IMG/VR virus record: IMGVR_UViG_3300030085_003517 | DNA: 64,000 nucleotides | Reading direction: 5' to 3' (one strand) | Source: an uncultured virus (IMG/VR IMGVR_UViG_3300030085_003517) | Taxonomy: Duplodnaviria > Heunggongvirae > Uroviricota > Caudoviricetes | Shown: piece after piece, positions 23,801 to 35,800 of the stretch | Position numbering within the stretch: position 1 is the stretch's first letter | Layout: every line of letters begins with the position of its first letter | Notes under the pieces: model-generated | What the model saw: only the letters and a program-made list of their open reading frames with translations | Told to the model about the DNA's origin: nothing | Databases searched by the model: none | Translations under genes and position numbers: made by a program

Positions 23801-26800
23801 TTACGAAATCGCCAGTAGCGGGATCGTAAGTTGCAGTGCTAGGTTGGAAGTAAACGAATGGTGAAGTGCCAACGTTAACTGTCAGGTTTGTGGAGCTAGA
23901 AGAGATAATTGGCAGTGCTTGATCCTTAGAAGCAGGATCAGTTGCACGAGGATAAGTTACCTCAGTCTGGTTATTGTCGCTAGAGCAAGTGAATGTCAGA
24001 GCACCATTGACAATCTTAATTCTGTCATTCTCAACTGTGATGCAATTTGAGACTGCAGAAACGAATGTATGAGCATATTGCTGACCAGCAGGAGATGCAC
24101 CAACATTAATCTCAAATGTATTTGCAGTTGCGTTGGATACGATTAACCATCTGCCTGCAGCAGGATCAGTTGCGCGAGGATAGTCGTGGTTGCTACCATT
24201 ACCATCTTGAGCACAGGTGAATCTAATTCCATCAACTTTAATATTGACTCTCTGACCATCAGTAACACCATGATCTCTCTTGGTAATTACCATTACTCCA
24301 GTAGCAGCATCATAAGTTGCACCAGTAGGAGTCAATTGACCACCACTTGTCAATGTGTTGTTGCTAACTGTCATAGACAGAAGACCAGTAGATGCATCAT
24401 AAGTTGCACCAGTAGGTGTAAATCTAGTGCCTGGGATAACCAATTCAGGATATTGCTGACGCATCAGATAGACAGACTCTTTTGCTAAGAGATCTGCGTT
24501 ATTCTCCAGAAGACGTGCAGCATCTGCATATCTATGAGTCTTACCATTATATCCAGCAGGAGCACCTGCTTGACGTTGGGTTTCGCGAATTGCATCATTA
24601 CAGAAGTCATCACCATTATTCCAAGTAGCGACACCAGACCAATCATCAGTATACTGCTGACCATAAGTGCCATCGAAGTGAGCAAGCAAGACAGTAGTTG
24701 CATCACCCTGATGGATACCAGAAGGAGCAGTAAAGTTTGCAGTATAACGAGAATTTGTAGATACTCTTAACTCATCAATGTAACCTGGGAAGACCGAAGA
24801 TCCAGCATAGTTACCACCAATTCTAATTGGTTTAGTAGATCCATAATTGCTGCCATCAGAATAAGTAGTGCCATCCTGAGTGCCATTGACAAACAGTCTA
24901 GTATTACTACCATCTCTACACAATGCAATGTGATACCAAGTGCCAGCAACCAAGTTTGTTGTGCCCGCAATAACGACACTGCCATTGTTGAAGTACTTGA
25001 CATTTGCACCGTCAAGATAGATATAAGGTGCTAACTCAGTAGCGGTAGATCTGAGATCAAGGATTGTCTTACTTCCTGCTGCAACAGAGTTGGGGTTAAT
25101 CCAACATTCGAGCGTGAAGTTATTTGTGCCAAATCCGAATTCTGTAGATGTGTTGACAGTTACATACTCATCAACAGGGACTGTGCCGACGTTGATGGTA
25201 ATAGTCGTAGGAGTGACTGCAGTAATTGCAATCTGTTGACCAAACTGAGGATCAGTTGCTCTAGGATATGCTTTATTTGATCCGTTATTGTCCTGAGCAC
25301 AAGTGAATACAACACCATCAGCAGCAATAGTAACAGTGTTGGATGTTGTTAAGGAGTGACTGCCAATTTCAACAACCATGACTCCAGTGATAGGATCATA
25401 TGTTGTGCCAGTTGCTGCAGTAAATGTTGCAGCATTATCTGCAGTAATAGCATCCGCAACACCACTTACGAAAGTGTGGACAGAAGTGCCAGGAGAAAGT
25501 GCCAGAGAAGATGCACCCCATCTCTTATTGTAAGTATTGAGTGACGCACCTGCGACAAAGTTGAAAGAATGATAATCTTCACCTGTAGTCTTAGATCTGC
25601 CCATTCTGCCAAGATAGACAGTTTGTCTAGCAACGTTATATCCAACAACTAGTGCTTTACTAGTGGTATTTCTAATTACATTGCCAGCAGAGAAGAATCC
25701 ATTACCTTGAGTGTTATCCTTATGGGTAAGTTTTCTAACAACTGCTTCTTCATCCGAGATAAAATCTCCAACTGCGTTACCAATATCCAGTCTATTGTTT
25801 CTGATAAACTCACCTTCTTGTAAGGTGCCATTAGTATTAACAACATCAATGACAATATTATTGACCAACTCATTTGCAGGGAATTTGGAGTCAAATGCTG
25901 TTGCATTATCATCAAAATCTACAATAGAAATTTGAGATGCTGAGATATCATCCAATACAACATTTTGATAATTGATAGAAGTAATTCTATTAAACAGCAG
26001 ACCGAAGAAGGACGCACCTTCAGAGATGTTGACCTGAGAAATAAACTCTTGAGTCGTGGGATCCTGATACGGACTTGTAGCAGTAACTCTAGCAACAACA
26101 CCAGAGCTTGCTGCAATCAGAATATCATCCAATTGAATGTCAAACAGACCAGGAGTGGACTGATATGTGCCAGCAGTCTTACTAAGAATCAAACTGTTAG
26201 TAACAGTAATCTCTGTGCTATACAGAGGTGCATTTTGAAGGTGTGAAATTGCTTGGGTGCCAAGTTGTCCTCTAGTTGCAGTAATTACACTAATACCAGC
26301 TTCACCGCCAGCAGCAACGTTTGAAATTGTAAGAATTTCAGATGCAATCTGCATATTCTCGCCAACCACAAACTGAGATTGGTCTGAAGTCAATACCTCA
26401 AACTGTGCTGTAGATGATCCAATACCATAACGCAATGTGCCAAGAGGAGTTTCTTGACCCGATTCCAGGTTGATTTCCTCAACAATAGCAGTGTCTCCTT
26501 CCAGGTTAGTGACAGTCTCATTGAAAGTAAACAATCCATTGCTGGTGATGGAGGTTTCAGTATCCAGATTTGCAGAGAATCCAGTTGCACCAACAGTAAT
26601 CAACTCACCACCAATAAATGCGCCTTCAGTTACAAATGCCTGAATGGTATCACCTTCAACCTTAGTTACAGTTGCTCTAGCAGAGCTTGCTGTGCCAACC
26701 ATCGTGTTACCGATGTTGGGGAAGATTCCACTAATATTAGTAAAGGTATACAAGACTTGATTGATCTGAGCGATCTCAATCTGTGCATACTTAACACTAG

Positions 26801-29800
26801 CAGGAGGTTTCGGGGGCTCACTGAATACGATAGAGTCGTTTTCTACCTTGAATGAAACCTCAGGTGTTTGGACAACACCATTGAGAATAATCATCAACTG
26901 ATTAGCAGATGCAATAATGTTTTCACCATTAACTGTTAATGGGAAAGAAATCTTAACACCATCAAATTGATTGGAAATATTATCGAGTCTCTGGACAACA
27001 GAGGTCAGAATATTCTCCGAAGAGGTAAGTCTCTTTTGTCTGAAGAGCACTTCAGTATTGTTAAACTCTTGATATACAGGCTCAACCAGAGAGAAACTCT
27101 GGATGTTGGGGACAATTGCCTCTTGTGCCAATTCAACAGACTTAGTTAATTCAAACGCAGTCTCTTTGTTAGGAATCAAACTATAATCAGTGATATTTAA
27201 TTCACCAAATACCTTGAATCCTGCAGGGTGGACATTTCTAATAAGAATATCTTTCCACTCACTAATGGATACCGAGGACTGCAGAGCATATGAGAAATCC
27301 TGATAGAAGTAGGAGTCTTGAATCTTTTGGATGATCTCGGAAGGTTTGCCAACATCATCAATAAACTGACCTGTAGTTTTGGTGATAGATCCAATCTCAA
27401 GGACACCCTTAGCGATCTTAAGATCACTAATAATACCAGAAGACTTGGAGATAATACCTGTTACTCTTTCGCCAGAAACAAAATCACCATCATAGTCAAC
27501 AATCTTAAGGACTCTAGGACCAACCTGCCAACCACTGTTTGTAGAAACATATCCAGTGGCAGTTGCTGTCTCAAATGTGCTACCTTGATAGACCAATTCA
27601 CCTTCAAGGAAGGTAGAGGTGATAACGTTTGCAGTTGCTGCACCACCGAAAGAAGAAGTCAATACTTGCTGCCTACCTACACCAGCGTTAACGAATCCAA
27701 TAGAATCGCCCAACTCAGCGTTAGTTGCAGTAATTGCCAGTTTCAACTGATCATCATCCAGAGATTGTGCAGCACCAGCAATAGCGTAATAAGTAGTGTT
27801 TCCATTCAATCTACCGAGAGCGCCAGAAGACAGAGGGAAGTCAGCACCTTCTCCAGTATCAACAACATTGAGGGTTACTTCTGCTCCATTTTGAATACCA
27901 TGTGGGAATGCAAACTGGAGAAGTCCGAGGTCAAGGTTGATGACATAGTTGAATGAAGATTTCAATTCAACTGCAGGAGTGGAAGAATAACCAGATCCAG
28001 GATCTTTAACAAGAATTTGATCAAGTCTACCATTCTTAATCGTAGATTCTGCAGTAGCACCAAATCCACCGCCACCAGTAATAACAACAGCAGGTGCCTG
28101 TGAATAACCAGATCCAGGATCAGTAACAGTAATGCTATCCAGAATACTGGTAGACGTTAACTGAGCATTGATCGGGAATGTAATTTCAGGACGCAGCGTA
28201 TAGTCATGAGGATAATCATAACCAAAGTTGTTATTCTTAAGTTTCTTAATCTTACCAACTTGACTACCTTGAGTGAAGATGGAAGCACCTGTGCCGAAAG
28301 GAGGAATAACAACCTCAAGATCTGCACCAGATCCAGCAAGACTGGGACCTAAGATACCATTAATAGATGCAATATCAATAAATGCAGTCGTATATCCCTT
28401 ACCAGAAGATGACACAATTGCTTGTGTAATTTGACCAGGAATAGTATTTCCTTCATCATCTGTGGTATTTTCAACCGTCAGATTGACCAGACCACCTTCA
28501 CCATCACCACTAATCGGAATATTATTATATTGACCAGGAGCATACTCAGTGCCAGGCTCATTAATCTGAATTCTTTCAATCTTTCTGTTGGACTGAATAC
28601 CAGAAACAATAGGAAGTCTTGTATAGAAACCACCTTTGTTAACAATACGGATATCGGCAATAGATCCAACTGCCTTCTCAGATCCTGTAGAGTAAGATAC
28701 ATTTGATACATCTGCATCACCTTCAGGCTCATTCAGGAGCGGGAATCTCAGTGTATCATCACCTCTGGTGATTGTGGCACCAGAAACACCACTGACAGTG
28801 AAGTTACCTGCATATGGAGATCCAACAACGTCCAGATAAGATCCTGCAATAACAGGAGAATCATCTCCAGCTCTAGAAGGATCAAAGTAATATGAGATAT
28901 TAGTAACAATATTAGGATCAACCTTGAATTTAACACTAGGTGTGGGCTGTCCTTCTCCAGTTACACCAGGAATGCCAATTCTTTCAATTGAGTTGAAAGA
29001 GTATTCCAGTTTATAGAGACTATCTTTGGAGAATGAAAGATTACCACCAACCAGTGAAGAGTGACTGAGATCAAAGATATACTGGTGACCATAATACATC
29101 TTCAACGTAGGTGACTTAACAAATACACTTACATTGCTAGCATTACTTGAAGGAGATGTAATTGCAATATTTGGCAACTTATAGGTAAATTCCTTGACAC
29201 TGATAACACTATCAACAGGGAAAGCACCATCATACTCATCATATACAGTACCACCAGATTCCTGAGAAGGATTACCATCGATATAGATCATTTCGTTGGT
29301 ATTCAGGTAATGACTATCATCGGTGATGACATATACAATATCACTATTAGATACCGCATCGACCTGAAGAATCTTGATTAGATTTGTGGTCAAACTAATC
29401 TTACTAACACCAGTCAGACCAGAAATTTGAATTGTATTATAATCAGCGTTATATGTAACTGTAGCAGTAGAAAGACTTACGACTGATCCAGGAATGAAGG
29501 GAGAAGTGCCAGAGATCTCGTCAATACGGACTCTATACTGATCATCTTCAAAAGGTTTGAATTTTGCAAACTCGTGTAAGTTGTTACTACCACCAACATC
29601 GGAAGGAGCATCGAAGTTGCTCATATCAATGTTAAATGTGCCAATAGTGGTATTGTTGACCTCTGGGAAGAGGTAATTCTTCATTTCATTGATATCTGCA
29701 GGAATAGGACCAAGAATTCCGTAAGTAGATTGCTCATTGAATTGCTCTGTAGACAACTGACCCACATCCAGGTCATTCGTCCACTCATTGTTGTTTACTG

Positions 29801-32800
29801 CAAGATACACATAACGATTAGCATAATCAATATCAACAATATAACCACTATTGACAAAATTATTATTATTTCTCAATACCAACTTAGAATTCATAGTGAA
29901 TTCAAAGGGTTGATTGATAGTCAGACGCTGGACGTTATCAATCTTAATTGTGTTGGTAACCTTGAAGAAATAACGATCTTTAACAACCGCAGTTGCTTTG
30001 ACCTTTTGAGATCCAGGTGCAGGAATAGTAGCAGTCCTAGATCCCCAAATATCTTGTGAGATTTCAAGAGATTCTGTATCCTCAGCATGAGTTGTATTAG
30101 CATCATTAAAGTCAAGAGCCTGGAATCCTTCTCCACCAAGAGCATAACCAGTGGGAGATACATTCAAAGATACTCCAGTCACAGGAGCAACAGCAGTCCT
30201 AGTGAGACTCAATTGAGAATTTGCTAAGACACCAATAGTGCCAATTTTATTAGATTCTGCTTCTTTGTCAACCTTAATGCCTGCACCAACATACTCGATG
30301 TAGTCATAGCGATTGAGGTTAGTAGTAAACCAAGCATCATCTGCCCAATCATAAGTAAGACCAAATCCACCAATAGTTGGCAGAGATGTAATATCAGTCG
30401 GGACAGTAGGAGATACGAAACGATTCTTGAGCACAAGATGATCAATGTAGAATTGACCTTGATATGCAGCATTAAAGTCAGTAGCACCAGCACCCCATCC
30501 AATTTGGTTGCCAATGTAAATATCCTTATTGGCAAATTCAGTATTAGTTACATTACCATCCAATACTTCAATGCCATTAACAAATGCCTTAAAGTTTGTG
30601 CCATTCTTAGTAAGAGTAATGACTTGCCATGTATTTTGAGCATACATGTTAGTCAATGCAGAAGAAAGACCACTTGCAGCGTCAAGTCTTGTAGTATTAT
30701 TAGAAATAACGAGTTGTAAGGATCCAGATCCACCAGATCCAGAAGTGTCATATCCCAACCAGAGACCACCAGTGGTATCTTGAGCACCACCAATACCGAT
30801 TAATGTTTGCTGCGCTTGTGACAGGGTTTGTGCTCCATCTTTATAAACAAAGAATTGGAGTGTCCAGTTGCCATTTAACTTTGTGCCCAAAGTTGTGCCA
30901 GGGATCTTATAGTAAGAATTTTCCCAGACAGTATTGGTGCCAGCAGGTTGATAACCGTAAATTTTACCAACACCATTTTCAATGATTGCAGAGTCGCTAG
31001 TGCCAACAATCGATACTGAATGGTGACCAGTTAAATCTGTTGCAGCGGCAGCACTGAAGGTATCAATACATTCTTGTCTATTCCACTTGGTTTGACCATA
31101 AATGTGGACATCACCTGAATTGTCACTACCAAGAGTCAAAGGCATGAAACCTTCCATGGTATTGGTAGTATTTGCAGCAGTAGTGAAATCATTTTCAGTA
31201 TTTTTCAATACTGTGCCATCATATTTGATCTTAACTGAGTTGAATGTAAGTTTTTTGTTGGTAGTATCTTCTTTAGAGTAAACTACATTCAGATTACCAA
31301 AAATATCAATTTCAGACTTATCTACAAGTGTAATATCTCTGCCTGTGAAATATCTCTTATCCCAGAGCAATTCACCAGCATTATCAAACTTACCTACCCA
31401 GAAACCATCTTTAGTAACATCATCAGACTTCAATCTGGTGCCAGCAACAACATAGAATTCGTTGAATTCATCAACAGCAAGGGAAGAATTCAAGAAGCAA
31501 TATGTAGCGTTGGTAACCTCCTTAATCCAGTCAATAGAAATCGAAGAAACACCAGCAGTTGCCTTACCAAAGGATACATTGATATCCATAGAGTTATCTG
31601 CAGATGCAGTCTCCATAGTAAAGTAGATTGCACCATCAACAGTCCTCATAGATGTAATTTTCTCAGAAGAGCTGTCAGAAGCAAGTTTTCTCTTAGCAAC
31701 AAAGAAACCAGCAGTATCAACGATTGCTAAGAAAGCATCCCAAGGAGCTCCAGAGTTTGTATTGGTAAAACCACCAAGAAGGAATCTAGTATCAGTAAGT
31801 TTCTGTAAAGAAGTGATATTATCAGATCTTGTAGATCCAGAGATGCCAGCATAACCTTTCTGGAAGACCAGAGATGCACTCAAACCATTTGCTGCTTCCT
31901 CATACTTGACAAGAATGACATCGGGATTGTATGCATCCAATACAGGAATATTGGGTCTGTTATTACCAGCAACCCAAATATCATTGCCATCAACATACAG
32001 TTTTTGGAATTCTGTATAGTTATCAGATCCTAATACAGTAGTTTCTAATGTCTTTTCCCACTCCTTAACACCAGTAGCAGATAATTTAGCAAGGAATGCA
32101 ACATAGTTACCAGAAGCATCTAAGGTTGTGCCACAAGTGTATACTTCCTTAGTATCACTAATAAAGATATCATTTACCTTCAACCAATTGTTGTTTTCAA
32201 GAAGAGTGACATAATAGTCTGCCTTCTTAAAGACCTGGGGGTGAGAGAGAATGACACGAGGATTCTTAGTATAGTCAGATCCAGAGTTGAGGATGTTGAA
32301 AGACTTGATTGCACCAACTTGATCAACAATCGCTTCAATTTCACCACTTTCACCATCACCATCAATAATAATGCTAGGGGGAATATCTGTATTATAACCA
32401 CTACCATTCTGATCTACGACAATCTCTTCAATACCACGATACTGTCTAACAGTAAACGTTTTGTTGGTATTGTCCATCAATGGAGTGTAATCAACAAATA
32501 AAGTATCGCCAGCAATCAGATTGTGTGGTTGAGTGGTCTTCAGGACACCAAAGTTTGTGCCTTGAAGAGTTTCATAGGTGTAGTTTAAAACAGACTCACC
32601 CTTAATTTTTGAAACTCTAGCAGATACACCAGTACCACCAGTATCTTCATTATCAAAGATCAGACGGTCATTGACCTGATAGTTTGTGCCAGCATTCTCA
32701 ACAGTAAAACCAGTAACAGATGCATTTTCAAACTTACTGATTGTCTCAACTTCAATATCAACCTTAGAGTCTAATTTGACAGATGGGAAATAATCAAAGA

Positions 32801-35800
32801 GTTGTAAAGGTGCCTCTTCAAATACCTGATCAGGATCATCAATCTCATCTTGGGTGATAATACCATCTCGGTTTTCGTCTTCGACTTCAAACAGCAATAC
32901 ATCACCATTCTCTAAGGTAAGAGCATTAGTAGAAGCATTAGGAGTCCTCTCAACATCAATATCAACATTCTCATATGGGTCTCTATAACGGACAACTCCA
33001 GTAGGAATGTTTTGCTGGACAGATGAATCCTTAAGATTCCAAATATCTACAACAGAGTTATAACTAGGACCAAGAATGTAAGGATATACAGGAAGACCAT
33101 TTTCAGATGCATCGATAGTAACAAAGTAGCAATATCTACCTTGGGGATACTCAGGAGTCTTACAGAATCTGCCATTATATTGATCAAGATCACCAGATCC
33201 GAAAACATACTCATAGTCTTCAACAAACTTACCTGCAGGCTCTTCATTCAGAAGAGGACCATCACTTCTTACTGGATATGGGTTTGTAATATCATTAAAT
33301 ACGAGTTGCGTCTTCAGTGAATATGAAGAGCGCATTCTTTGGATATTGGAAGATTGATTGGTAGGATCCTGATATCCATAAGGACCATAAATCGGGTTAC
33401 CATCAAATGCCCAACCAATAATAGGAGAGTGCTCTAACTGAGACTCTTGCTCAAGAATTCTACCCAGACTATCCTTAAACAAGTTATCACCAAGAATATA
33501 TCTCAGTCTTTGTGGGTTAGAGAGGTGTGCATATTCACCACCATATTGAATGTTATATCCCTCAAATACGGTGCCCATTGCAGAGTCAAACGGAGTAGTC
33601 TCTTGCAGGTTATAATTCCATTGGAATACATCAGCATCAAACAATGCATCTTGTCCAACAGATGTCAGATTAATTACAGTAGTGCCCTGATTATATCCAA
33701 TACCTCTGTTGAGAATTTCAACACCAGTAACACGACCAGCATTCTCACCATCAGTATCGATGATTGCTCTAGCAATAGCACCAAAACCATCACCCTGAAT
33801 AGAAACTGTGGGTGCAGTGGTATATCCAACACCAGCAGAAATGATAGCAATAGAAATGATTCTACCGTCATTTACAATTGCTTGTGCAACAGCACCTCTA
33901 CCAGAGCTAAGAGTAACTGTAGGTTTAGAAGTATATGAAGATCCACCTTCAGTGATATCAACTTGCTGAATGGGTCCTCTGACAGACGCAGTAGCAGTTG
34001 CACCAGTTCCTCCACCACCAACAATAGTGATCAGAGGTTGGGAAGTGTATCCCGATCCGCCACTATTAACAAGAATTCTAGAAACTACTCCTTTGGTAAT
34101 AATTGCAGTTGCAGATCCACCAGATCCTCCACCACCAACAATAGATACCAGGGGAGATGAAGTATAACCAGATCCACCATTATTAACCTCAACCTCATAG
34201 AGAGATCCATTGACGGTTACTTCCGCTGTAGCACCACTACCGCCACCACCAGCAATAGTAATTGCAGGAGGACTTGCTGCATCATATTCCTTACCAGCGT
34301 TGGTGATGTTAACAGCAGTAACAGCACCAAAAGTGCGACTCAATTCAGACTTATAAGACCAAACAGATACACCATTGACCCATGTGCCAATAGGACCAGG
34401 GACAATAGCAGTCTTAGTCGAAATAGTAGTGGTAGTTGTATTGAAACGGTTTAATTTTCTCTGGTTGCCAGGGAGAAGTGCAGATCCAGGGAAAGGACCA
34501 ATCTCATAGTTAGGAATACCAGTAGAAGCAACATAAACGTATTGATTATTAAAGAATGTGTTTTGGACGTTAGTAGTATAAGGTCCGATTGCATTTAAAA
34601 TTGCAGCATTTTCTGACTTGCCTTTGTTAAGGTCAACAGAGATAAGAATATTACCTTGTGGCTCAACAGCAGCAGGTTGTGGTAACTGGTATTGGAAGAC
34701 CGTCTGGGAGTCCCTAGATGTGACAAGGAAAGTGCCGTTATAAAGAATTGGGTTAGCACCATATACGGTAACCTGATCACCAACCAGGAGACCATGAGGA
34801 GCTGAGCAAGTTACAGTAGCAGACTGATTATTAACGCCACCAAAAGTGATCGAAGAAACTTCAATGAGTTTTTTGACGTTATATAACCACGTTGTCAACT
34901 GGGGTAATGTGGAAGTGCCGCCCAGTTTAGAAACTGACAGTTTATCACCAGGAAGATAGTAAGATCCAGTATCAGTAAGGTTAGTTTGCTGAGCATCAAC
35001 AATACCAACAATATTCATTACGACTTCGTTGATCGTGCCGTAATTTAAATAAACTCTAAAGTTAGAAGCTACACTAGTTGCAGAATCCCAAATTTGGGGA
35101 GCTCCAACAACGCCTCTAGTACACTCAATAAACTGGTTGAGGGATTTTTCCTTATATCTTACAGTTTCTGTGCCACCAATTACAATTTCACCGTTTCTTT
35201 CAGGCCAACCAATGGTAGAGTCAACGGTAATAATATCACTAGTTGCAGTAAGTGGCTCAGCAAGTTTAGTTTTATAGGGCACAACAAATGTGCCTTGAAT
35301 TGTCTCTTCAGACAAGACCAATTCATAAATTTCAGATTCTGCTGTGTTAATAGCAATGTAGTTTTCAACCAAAGCATTTGCTGCCCGAATATTCGGATCT
35401 GCAATGTCAGCAAATTGTTGAATTTGAGCATCTCTAATATTTCTGGGGTCGCCACTAATAAGTGTTGCTCTCAGAATAGTATTGATCGACCAAGTAGCAG
35501 CAGATGGTTTGATAAGTTGATCTTTCGGATAAGAAACCGAAATATCCTCACCATAAAGGAGTTTGAAGAGATAACCAAAGGAAAATGACGTGCCTTTCGT
35601 AGAATAGAAAGTTTTGACATTCTTAATGGCAGATCTGACATCAATAGACTCATAATCGAGTTGGGGGATGTCAGGAAGATATTCTTCAATGTATTTGTCT
35701 AAAACTCTCTTGACAAATACCGCATCCAAGCAAGTTACAACGCTATTGCTGTCATGAGGTGCAGCATCAGTGTCACCCGAAAAAATTACATCTCCTGTTT

